This document shows positions 26,504-37,589 of a stretch of 64,000 nucleotides of DNA, in pieces. This stretch comes from Daphnia carinata. Lineage: Eukaryota. A model generated the notes under the pieces. The model had not been told where the DNA came from and searched no databases. It worked only from the letters and a program-made list of their open reading frames with translations. Numbering within the stretch: position 1 is the first letter of the stretch; every line of letters starts with the position of its first letter. A program made the position numbers and the translations under genes. The DNA lies in contig NC_081331.1 in the NCBI RefSeq assembly GCF_022539665.2, positions 10,168,001 to 10,232,000 on the forward strand, written 5' to 3'.

Positions 26504-27852
26504 ATGTCGGAAATTGAAGAATTATCGCAGTTTCTCGCTTTGGATATGCGACTAGATGTAAAGGCCCTAGCACTACAACAGACCCTAGGTAACTACTGAG
26601 TTTTTCATAAACTGTTTCAGTTACTTAATCTGTTTCCATACAGGATTGACAGGTACCACCGATGGAAGGCACCTTTTGATTAACACACCATGCATTGTTA
26701 AGAACCTCTGCCAACTTTTAAATGATAGCCAAAACTCAGTTGCAAAAGATGCAAGCTTGGCGCTCATCAACCTTTCAGCTGACGAAGAAGTCATACCAGC
26801 TTTGCTTGCTGAAGCGACAAATATTGTCGAACATATGTTGAAGATCATAAGCAATCCTGAACACAACCTTGCTGATCCTGCTTGTATGGTGTTGTCAAAT
26901 CTTACACGGTCGAAACTTGGAAGTGAAAAAGTGTTTCAAAGTATGGATGGAAATTTAGACAAATATGTTGACATATTCTGCCAAGAAAAATACAACAAGA
27001 AAGGTGCACGGCTCCACTATCTTGCATCTGTATTGTCCAATTTGAGCCAACTTCCTGCTGTGAGAAGGTATTTGCATTACTCACCGTATGCCAATTGTTA
27101 ACTGCACTATTTTTTCTTTCTCTTAGTTATATTCTGGACCCATCTCGGTCATGCCTGCAGAGGCTAGTTTCTTTTACAGATTACAAGGATTCCATCAGTA
27201 GAAGAGGTGCTATTCTTGGACTGATAAAAAATTGCTGTTTTGAAACAGGTAAACTGTTGCCAGAATGCTAATATGATTCAATCCTGCAAAATTATTTCAT
27301 TGCTGTGCAGACCACCACGAATTTTTACTGAGTGAAGCTGTCGACTTGCTCCCCAAGTTACTTATTCCTCTAGCCGGTCCCGAGGAGTTCGACGAAGAAG
27401 ATAACGATAAGCTACCCATCGATTTGCAATATTTGGGTGAAGAGAAAACTAGAGAGCCTGATCCTGACATACGTAAAATGCTTTTGGAGGCATTGACCCA
27501 GGTATTCCTACTTATACTAGATTACTGTGACGCCGTAAGCTACCTCTCAATTCCTATAAAAGTTATGCGCCACTAAATTTGGACGTGAATACTTGCGCTC
27601 AAAAAATACTTACGTCATCCTCCGTGAGCTCCACAAGTGGGAAAAGAACGAAAATGTTTTGGTAATTCTTGAACATTTGGTCAACATACTGATTAGGTAA
27701 TATATAGCCTGTAATTATTTTTAACGTCACAGTTAATAATTGAATCCAAATAATGTAGGTTCGAGCACGAAATCGGCCACGACAATCTCAAAGAAGTAGA
27801 AATTCCGGATGAAATAACTGAAAAATTTAATGCTTTAGAGCCTGCTTTGTGA
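26504..27852 (+). CDS. HGH1: HGH1 homolog (FAM203, eEF2 chaperone), 6 exons: 26504-26588, 26644-27067, 27127-27248, 27311-27501, 27563-27696, 27759-27852
   Basis: GT-AG spliced ORF MSEIEELSQFL...ALINLSADEE...LADPACMVLSNLTR...RRGAILGLIKNCCFET...LLPKLLIPLAGPEEFDEEDNDKLPIDLQYL...REPDPDIRKMLLEALTQLCATKFGREYLR...YVILRELHKWE, the hallmark HGH1 motifs. Confidence 0.9.
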
Positions 27853-28202
27853 TCCATTTTATGATACACACCAATATACTATGGTTTATCTTGTTATTTT
27901 ATTGAGTTTTGAAACATAGGTTAAGACTGTACATTTCATATAACTTTCTTAATTGCTATAGTTAAAAAGTTTTAAGAGGTTTTTTTTTTCACGAATCTTA
28001 TATAAATTAATTAAACCGCTCCTCATCGACGTCTCTATACCTGGCCGTAGAGATGCGGGAGGCCCCGTTCTGTAAAACACCATTCCCTTTTTATTATCGT
28101 ATTTTTTTTTTCTTTTTTATAAAGAGAGGAAGGGTTAATATCTTAGCTTAGGGTTAAGCATTTAGCAACAAAAGAAAGAGAAAGGTGTTTGTGGGAAACT
28201 TG

Positions 28203-31200
28203 TTATGGAAGGTATCCCAAGGAATTTTCTAATTCACTTCGCTTCGAGAAACCATTCTTATTGTTCCGGTTTGCGCCTCGAAAATGCATCGAGCTGTAAG
28301 CATCATCAGTGGAAAGCTCAGACGCCGTGTCTTCGGTTGCCTCACTGTCATCAATGACAATATCCGTGGTTTGGTTGAGCTTGATGTTGGAAAACATGGC
28401 CGCTATTTCGGTCGTCTTCTTAGCCGAAAGCGCACCTTCTGGCACCGCCTTCGTGATGGAACGATGGTGGTGTTGACTGTGATGAGTCGATCCAGCTGAT
28501 GAGGTTCCTCGGTAAACAACCTTGCCCTTGGGGTCCACTGCCGACACCATCAGAAACTGGAATAATAGGCTATTATTACAAGGAATCCAATCAAGGATAA
28601 AAAGAAACCAAAATAAGGAAAACAAAATCAATAAAAACAAATTCGTACTTTATTGCCACGAAACGAGTTTTGTGACTTTAGTGATCTATCGCTAGAGGAA
28701 TTCGAATTCCTCCGGCCCTCGCTAACGGAACTCAGATTTTCCAAGCTGAAATTCCTCGATGTCCGTCCGCTGCTGCCCGTCGAATCATAACTTTGGTATC
28801 CGACCGATTCCGCTGGGCTGGTTTTACGCTGCTGTCGTTGCTGTTGGCTGGAAATCGAAACTGGACCGCGGACGAAACTGTTGCAACTCGTCGAATCCAT
28901 TTCCGTCTCGCTTGATAAATACGAACTACGGCTTTTCCTGCGTAAAATCTCTGGCTGTTTAGCGAACGAACTTTTGCCGTTAGCCGACTTGTGGGCCGGC
29001 TCAGTCATGGCTACCACATCCGAATCTAATGACGTGTCACTTAAATAAGAGCTTAAACTCTTTTGCCTCAAAGAAGATGCGCTGGACAACGTAAAGCGGG
29101 TAGATGGCGCGGAAGGCTTAGTTGTCGTTGCTGGAGCGGAATGTTGCAAATTAGCCGTATTTCTTCGCCAGGCAGTTAATGGAGACTCGGCTCCGGATAA
29201 AGCAGACCAGGACGTCATACTAGCCGATTTTCTTGCATAATTCGGACGATTCTTTGTAGGCTTAATGTGAGGTGGATGTCTGACGGCCGGTTCGGGCAAA
29301 CTGTCGTGGCTTGTGTCTGTGTCATCAGAGTCGAGACGGATGCGATAAACTGGAGCCCCGCTCGACTTGCTGATTCTCTTTAACGAGCAGTAACATCGTT
29401 CAGCGTCGCTGTAATCAGTGGTGTCTTGCGACTGTGTTTCGTTGAATGAACAATAGCATTTATGTGAACACGATTCACTGTCATAGCCGCATTCAGAACA
29501 GGATGCACTGTAATCAGGCGCTTTGTTGACGATGCTGTTCTTGTTGTTGGCGACAACAGACCTCGGTGGCAACGGCGTCTTGGGATTGAAATGCTTGGTT
29601 GGGAAAACCAATGGAGCCACGGAAACAATGGAGGGCTCCGGGCTCTTAATAATTTTAATGTTCTTAATTAGCTGAGGCTCGGATGCTTGTTTCTCTTCCT
29701 TGGTAACAGAGTAACCGGTGGATGCGGAGCGGGCAGCGCCCCATTTCGAGAAAGACTTTTTGGTGGCTCTCAAGACGCTACTGATGCGTGAAGAACTGGT
29801 ACTGTGCTCAGCGTCCGAATCCCGTCCGGCCGATTTATTGGTCCCGTTTCTGGTGATATCTGCTTTGGCTTTCGACTTGGTTTTGCTCAGATTACTCGTC
29901 TGGTGCCTCATTATGTTCTTGGAGCGCTGGAACATCTCGTCCTTGCTCAGTGTCAAGGCTAGTTTCATCAGCATCTCTTTGTAGGCCGGCGTCAAATCAT
30001 TGAAAGACATTCGGTCTTTATTGACTATTGTTTTCAGGACATCGTCTACACTCCGAACACCTTCATGTTTCTGCGCAAAGTAAGAAATGCGAATATTAAA
30101 AAAAAAAACCGAACTTTAAATAGAATCATTAAAAATTGTACCTTTAATTCTTCAAAAAGTTCGGAAAAGGAGTAATTTTGTTGTGGAACGGTCATGAAAC
30201 TCTTGCTTCGCGGAATGGCTACTTTGGTGAGTATGTCTCCATTGTTACCGTGATCCGGCCCGTCCAACCCATCTGACGTTAATACCTCGCCCAAATGTCG
30301 CTCAGACACGCTACGTTTAACAACAACACGGCCGGTGTTACTCCGTTGGCTAGCGTTACGCATACTGCGACGTAAATTTGCTTTGCCTTGCGAAGATCTC
30401 GTTTTATTTTGACTTCGTCGGATACTCTTCCGTCTTTCAAGGCCTCCATCAAGAGGCTTTGAGGATTTCTTGCGTCGCGGCGGGCGAACGGGCTGCGTGA
30501 AACTTGAAGTGACTGAACTCTCGCTCCAATTAGAGACACTGGTCGAGGGCGAGTAGATGGGTTGAGCAATTTTGTTAACGGGAGTAGCAGATGTCGGCGG
30601 AGGTGGTGGTGCCTGTTGTTGCGGTGGTTGTTGCTGCTGTTGCGATGATTCATTGTTTTTCATATTGCGCAGCAGGGCCTGGTAGAGATTAGCTGCAATA
30701 ACAATGGCGTCTTCGGGATTGTCGCAAACGAATGCGTGACATTCCAAGTTCTTTGGAGCCTGCGTGTTGCGCATGACGCAGGTAAACAATGGCGGGTGGA
30801 AGGTGGGTGAAGTCACCCATTCTCCGTCATCAGCCGGGCTCAGCGGGTGGAAAAGATTCTGTTTGTCCTGATTCTCCGGATCGCAAATGAGCGGCAAAAA
30901 GGCAAACTTTCGCCCGCCGGGCTCGGAACGTGCCACAAACTTGACGGCCGCCCAAACGGCAATAGTGGGAAATGGGTTTAAGATCTCCTTAGGAACAGAG
31001 GGTCTACGATTGTCTGACAAATAGTATTGGATTTTCAAACCGGCTGGAGAAATTTCCATTGTACCGCGGTAGATTTTATTCCTGTTCGCATTTTCATGCT
31101 GCCGATATTGGCTATAAAGCTCTTTCAATGGAAACTGGAGCGACTCCAGGCTTGTAGCTCGGCCTGGAAGGGATAACGAGCCAAGATAATCAACTTTGTA

Positions 31201-31959
31201 CTGATTGGTATTGGTCATTGATGATGAGGAAGGCGGCGACGGTGGTGGCACGGCCGGAATCGGTGGAAGAGGAACATTTTGCTTGTTATGCACTGCTTTT
31301 TGAGTAGGTAACGGGTAGTCGGAACGGACATTGATCACCGCTTTATGATTCGTTATGTTGATAACGGACGAGCTCGGATCATTCACGGTCGATGGTGACG
31401 ACGTTGAGACGTGATGGTTCATCGCCGTTTTGTTCGATTGCTGGCCGTTGCTATTTGTTGATGCATCTTGGAACATCTTCTCAATTTGCGCTTGAACGGC
31501 TGTGCGGGCCTCGTTGAAACGCTGGGCTCGACTCTCAGGTGTTGAATCACGCATCAACGTGTGATTTACCTGATTGTTGACTTGAATGTACGTCGTCGAA
31601 TTATTTTTGGAGGCCGGAGTGGCTGGAACAGGTGATGTGACGCTTCCGCGTTGTTCGGCCAAAACCTTTTGGAAATGCAGTTGCAAATGTTCCATGGTTG
31701 GTTCATCCACTGCCGCGTCATCTTCTTCCTCGATGAGCGTCTTGTGGTTCTCGCTCGTGTGGCGGCGGAGATGTTGTTGCCGGAACAAGCTGTCGATTCT
31801 TTCCTTGTAGACGGAGCTGTCCAGAGTCGACGCACCACTGTGATCAGATATGAGAGTTCCGGTTGGGCTACCGCCGTTCACATCACCGTTGTTGCCGTTG
31901 CTGTTCACCAATCGGAATGTGTAGCCCCGTTCACCGGCTTCCGGGCGGTATCTCACCAT
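28203..31959 (-). CDS. Large PTB/PID-domain, Ser-rich protein (~1197 aa; resembles the Drosophila CG12581-type family). Exons 31959-30142, 30070-28649, 28556-28203
   Basis: Three long ORFs join in frame through two short phase-0 GT-AG introns. PTB-like segment YKVDYLGS...HPPLFTCVMR...LECHAFVCDNPEDAIVIAANLYQAL; C-terminus ELENSLGYLP. Confidence 0.8.
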
Positions 31960-34514
31960 TCCTTCTTCTTGTACCTGTTAAGAAAAATAAACAACGAAAA
32001 TGAACCAATTGAAAAGGAATTTTCTTCATCAATTCCCAAGAACAAGACAGTTGAAAATAATGGCGAAACACTAAACAAAAAAAAAAAAAAAAAAAAACAG
32101 TTGAAGAAAGAAAGAAAAAAACAATTCCGGCTGAGATGAAAGAGTGCGCGGGAAACGATCACAGCTGGCAGGCGGCCAAGACTTGCCGGGGGTCTTGAAT
32201 AGAAATAATAATAAAATATCGTAGTGAGTTAGCAAATATAGCACCTTTCCTTTTATCGTATAAGAAATCTAGATTCGAATATATGCGATTGGAGAACAAC
32301 AGAATAGCATCTACGCAAAAAAGAATTAGTTGCCCAATCCCAATAGCACAAACCATTTTGTTGTGTCAATAGTTTATGGCATTCCCATTTTAAGGTAACA
32401 AGTCATCTGGAAAGATCGCCTTGATAATGAAAACATAAGACCTGATAACCACCCATTTCAAAAAAATTTCCCATTTTGCTTCATTTTCACAGAACATTTT
32501 CTTTTCAAGGTCGATGGCTACTGCGAGTCCACTGAACTTCTTTCGTTTCTTTCTCTATTACACACTCGTTTGCCAGAAAAAAGTTTCTTCTTCTTCGGTG
32601 CCTATGGGATGTTGGCAGTGGGCACGGTGAGGCGGCAATCGGTGGCTGCCTCTTTAGTTCCAGACAACAGATGGTCTCTTACTTTTTCCTCGAGACCAAT
32701 AGCCTTTCTCTACCCTCCCTCTCTGCACGCACTTACACTTTTTTTTCTTCCTGAGCCGAAATTCCCCCCACCAGGGCGCCTTCAGGGCGACATGTCTGAA
32801 TAATTTGATCTAGTCTGCATTAACGTTTTTTCCTTTCTTTCTAGTATTTTCTGTTTCTTATAAAATATGGTATTTAAAAAGCAATCAGCTTCACACACAC
32901 AAAAAAAGATACTTTCCGTACTTGAGTATACATTCTCCCTCTTCTACCCTCAACTAGCACCTGCCCGCTTTGCTTTGATTAATAATTGCCCAACGGGACT
33001 AATCCATTACTATGAAATAGCCTTGCAGAGACGCATGTTTTGTTTTTTATTTTCTTAGCTTGTCGGCTTAAGGATACGTTCGATGGCTCCCAACTTCAGG
33101 GGAGGCATCATTTCGATGTCTTTGACCTTCACCCTACGTGTTGGGATCGTTTCAAATTGAGCGCCACCAGCACCTGCGCACTGCTCCCTATCACGTTACA
33201 AAATCTAGACGTTTATATTAAAAAGAGGCGACGATCATCGCAATACCGCCTTTTTTATAACGTAATCGGCTACTCTTCGGTGTCACTCAGTGTCGTTGTA
33301 ACGCATTGGGAGTGAGAGACGGAGCATTCGAGCGCGACACCGTGATAAATTTGAGTTGGGCGGGCATTGCTTGTCAGGAAAAATGGAAAGCGCTTGGCTG
33401 GTCAAGCGCATCCAAGAAGTTCTTCTTCTTCAAAACTGCCGCCCCAACTCATAGTACGGTTATGAATATTTGCACCGTATACGCAGAGAAAAATAAAAAT
33501 AAATAACACAAAAGCAAACCATACGACAACGGAATGAACAAATACCTTCATCCGCGCCACGGAACACTGGTCAACGCTACTGAAGCTCTCATAAGAAACT
33601 AAAAGCTTTCCATCGTTTGACATGGCAAATCACCTTTTGTTTCTTCTTTTACTAACAAACCCGGAAGCCTTTTGGGAGGTGGTGAATAAAAAAAAAAGGC
33701 ACCTGATTTTGTGTGATTCTTTTTCCTGCTTTCTTGAGTGCATACATGTTTCCGTCTTTCTCCGGACAGTAAAAAAAAAGTATGAAACAATAATAAATGA
33801 ACTTGCAAACACAGCTGTCGTGTTCCCGAGCGGAATTCAACAAAAGGATGAAAAGAAAAAAACAAATCGTAATGACGAAAAAAAGCGCGACCAAGTTCGA
33901 AATGTGGTCTGACGCACACCAGCTGGTCGAACCGTGACCAACAAAAGAAAGAGGGAAAAAAAACGGCGATAGACTCACGAAATTCAAGAACGTTTTTCCT
34001 GTAAATCAGCTAAATTAGGAAGGAAGGTAAGAACGGGGAAAAAAATCGGGAAAGTGTTGTGTAATCAAGCAGTTTCGTGCTGTGCTCTAATATGTTTACG
34101 TTACTTGCACCGAGGAAAATCGATAAAAATTGATGGGCTGTGAGCTCGTAGAGTAATCGAAAAATGGTAACAACGAGAGAAGCTAAGAATTTATCGAGCA
34201 CGAGAGTTGTTGCGCCGGCACGCTTCGCTGACCTCGTAAACGACCAGAAAAGAAGAACTAAAACTTGAATTTATCTTTCCCACCGTCAGGTTGAACGACA
34301 GCTACTTGTGTTCTCTTCACGTACGAACAATTTCCCGAAAGAGATACGACCGCCTAATCTTCGCCTTTTTATCTGCGCCACTTTGTTCTGACAATCGAAT
34401 GTGTCAGTGACTTTGGCAACGCTTTAAAAAAAAATCTGAGTGATCTAACTAACTAGCTTCGTTGCTAATTTCGCTTTAGGAACAACAACCGATTATGAAG
34501 AAAAACGACTTTAC

Positions 34515-34918
34515 CTTTTAGAGATGACCCCCGTGTGTGCCTTGGATGTGAATGATGTTTGCAGACGAGAAACAACAAGAAGACGGATGAACACGGATCT
34601 TTGCTAAGAAATGGGCAGCGGGACATGCGACTTTGTAAGCGGTTCGAGAGGTACTACCAACTGGCTGCAGGGATGTTCCAGGCGGGCAGATTGCGTTTCC
34701 TCGGCAAGAAGCAAAAGAGTCACAGAGACGAATCGGGTGGGAGGAGCTCTCAGTTGCTTGGTTCCTTCGGCTGACGGCTGCTGTTGTTTCGGCAAAACTT
34801 GCTGGTCGGTCAGTCAGTCGAAAATACGGGTACACTCACCTATACCAAAAGGCATGATGTTTTATTTTTCCTTGAATAAATCACGAGAGTTCCACCAACC
34901 GCTGTCGACCGTACAAAC
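34515..34918 (-). other. Probable upstream non-coding exon of the PTB gene
   Basis: Donor AAAG|GTAAAG at 34515/34514 and acceptor-like GCAG|G near 34919. An in-frame TAA just before the donor makes it UTR relative to the 31974 acceptor. Confidence 0.35.
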
Positions 34919-37364
34919 CTGCTGACATCAATACAATGCATGCTGATTTTTTGTGAGATCCAATCAGTCCTCCAGGACAAAAAAAGACACGGTACCAAAA
35001 GGACAAGGCCCAGCTGTCGTCCAGGATATTCACTTCCGTGGAATCTGGAAAACCGTTTACATTCTACAATTAACGAATTAAATTGCGGGAAAACACATAC
35101 AATACGACCTTGAAAATGCAAGTTTTTTTTTCTTCTCCTCATTCCCTTGACTGATGAAGAATTTTTGCGATGCCAATGAGGAGGGGCTATTGTCCGTCTT
35201 TTTACGTGACAGCCTTTTTTGGATGGTGTAAGATCCACCGAAGAATAAACCTAAGGAATGAAGAAGTAAATGACTGAGTTATAGGTAATGTGTCCTGAAT
35301 CATCAGAGCGTCTTCTTTCTCAACATAGCTATTGAAATGAAAAATTCCAAGCTGGGCCAATTCTTCTTTTACGTTGTTATTCCCGTCTTCCGTCGTAAAT
35401 CGCTCAGTCGTAAATTCGTAACACGACCCTCTTAAAAAAAAAAAGGCGAGATTCATCTGATCCGATCAATTCAAAAGCTACTTTTTCCTTGAGGGATGGG
35501 AAGCGTATCTACTACTAAACATGACTATTTGGAAAAGTCCACAATAAAAAAAAAAATGATACAAACCTTGTCCATCTCTTCCCCTTCTTTTATTTATTTA
35601 CATTTTTTTTAAAGCCGATAAAACCAGTGACGCTCCAGGTGAAGTATCTCGTCATCTCGACTGGAACCTTGCGGTCAATACGAAGGTTGAGCAATCTCGT
35701 AAAGGTTCCCAGCCCCTGGTGTTTCCAAAGAGAGATTCACTGCTTATTACCGCTACTACAAATATGGAAAAGGATAAGAATGCCATGATGGATAAAAAAA
35801 GAAATCGATGAGGTTGTCGACACAAATCGGGTACGCCTATTTTCACAAATCGGAAAAATTCCACGCTAAATCCTCTTCCTTTCCGGCCCAATTATTCGCT
35901 CCTAGAATCGGAAAAACATTTTTGCTTTTATCCATCCCATCCGGATGAGGAAGAATCTAAAAAGAATCAATATCCTTGTGGGAAAAGAAGAATGGCGACG
36001 GTATGTCGTATAATTACTTGTCCGATCTTGTGCCAATTGGCGTTGAGAATTGTAGAGGACCATCCAGACCGGAAAGGCTTTTAATAGAAACAAACGTCCA
36101 TAAGAGATAAATCACTTATTGTAGGTTAGATAACAGCAATGGAAATTTATATCTTTACATGTGAAAGAATGGCAGAATTGGTCGAGGCCGGCAAGGATGA
36201 GGAAATATTAACGGGCATTGATTACTAGAGTGGGAAAAAAAGCGGTATACACTTGTATAAAAATGTCGTTTCACTGAAGAGATGCACATTTCTTTTGTTT
36301 TTCTCTGACTTTTTTCTGACCGTTTGTGGCTTTTTTCTCCATGCGGACGTCAGCCGGTTCTTTTCTTCTTAGACGGGCAAAAACGTTATTCGCAGAAAAA
36401 ATGTGAAGAAAATGCATTTTATATTTCTTGGGACGTAAGTACAGTAGAGGCTGGTTTTTTTCAAACATCCTGCTGGCCCCAGTGTTGAGAAATCACATAA
36501 CTAGACCCATTGACGTTCGGGAAACTTCTACGACTGAACAAATTCTATTATCTGTTACGTCTAAGTTTTGAAGCAAAGATGGTTGTAAAACGCAACGAAC
36601 CAGAGACGACGACGAAGGAAGTAAAATAACGGTGCAACGTCCGCTATCAACATCCATCTTGCTTTAGACCTAGTCTTTGAAGACATTTATTGAAAGCAAT
36701 CATCGATCGTAGTAATGTTCGGTGATTTAGCAAAATCCTAACTCAATAGCTGTGACTTCGATTGGTACAAGTTTGGGCGTATAACCACATCAAACGATGG
36801 TTTTCCTGGTATTCGAAACTTTTTTTTTAACACAAGTTTAAAGCAATCGAAGTATTTTTAATCAAAAACGCGCAGCGAAACCTAATAATAACAACGGACT
36901 ATCTTTACAACGTTGATGCTCCACCGGTTATCCATAGACATTGTATGCGTGGCGACAAGGGACGTCTTCGTTTCCCAAGTCGGAAACACCTGAATCGCAC
37001 ACTCAACGCACACAGAATCCCATAGCGAAATTGTAAGCTCACCTGAAGCGTTTCCAATTCCCACCATCACCCGATGTCGGTGACGAAAAGCAACAGCGGA
37101 AAGAGGGGGACAACAAACGTATCCTAAGCTTTTTCGTCGTTTCCCTATACGATCAGATTTAATACATACTATGATGTACATAAACATTTGTTTATTTTCT
37201 TTGTACTTTTTACTTAACAAATTTTTTAGTGATTTATACGGGATTAGAACGCAACACTCGGGAGAGCTCAGCGATGTTTTAGTGTGTAACAAAACAAAAA
37301 TAAAAAGAAAGCTTAATCTGAGTTTTGAGACTTTTCTATCACATGATAAAAAAAAAGCGGACGA

Positions 37365-37439
37365 AAAAGGCAAAAACATCAGGACATGGAAGATTTGTTA
37401 ATTAAAAAATTTTTACTCTCACGCCTTCATAAACCTTTT
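37365..37439 (-). promoter_or_regulatory. SECIS element (type II-like) in the 3'UTR of the SelH gene
   Basis: Minus strand AAAAGGUUU-AUGAA-GGCGUGAGAGU-AAAAAUUUUUUAAUU-AACAAAUCUUCCAUGUCC-UGAU-GUUUUUGCCUUUU. It has the AUGA/UGA core, an ~11-bp helix II, apical AA, and helix I AAAAGGU/GCCUUUU, about 150 nt after the stop codon. Confidence 0.85.
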
Positions 37440-37589
37440 ACTCAGGCCTCTTTCTTTTCTCAAGTGGTAGATATGCTCTCTTCAACTGAATCTTGTACAT
37501 TGGACGATCAGTGCAAGTGAAAGTGCAATAAAATTAACGAACGCGAACAATGAAGACAAAAAATCTAAACCTATGCGAATTAACGACTC

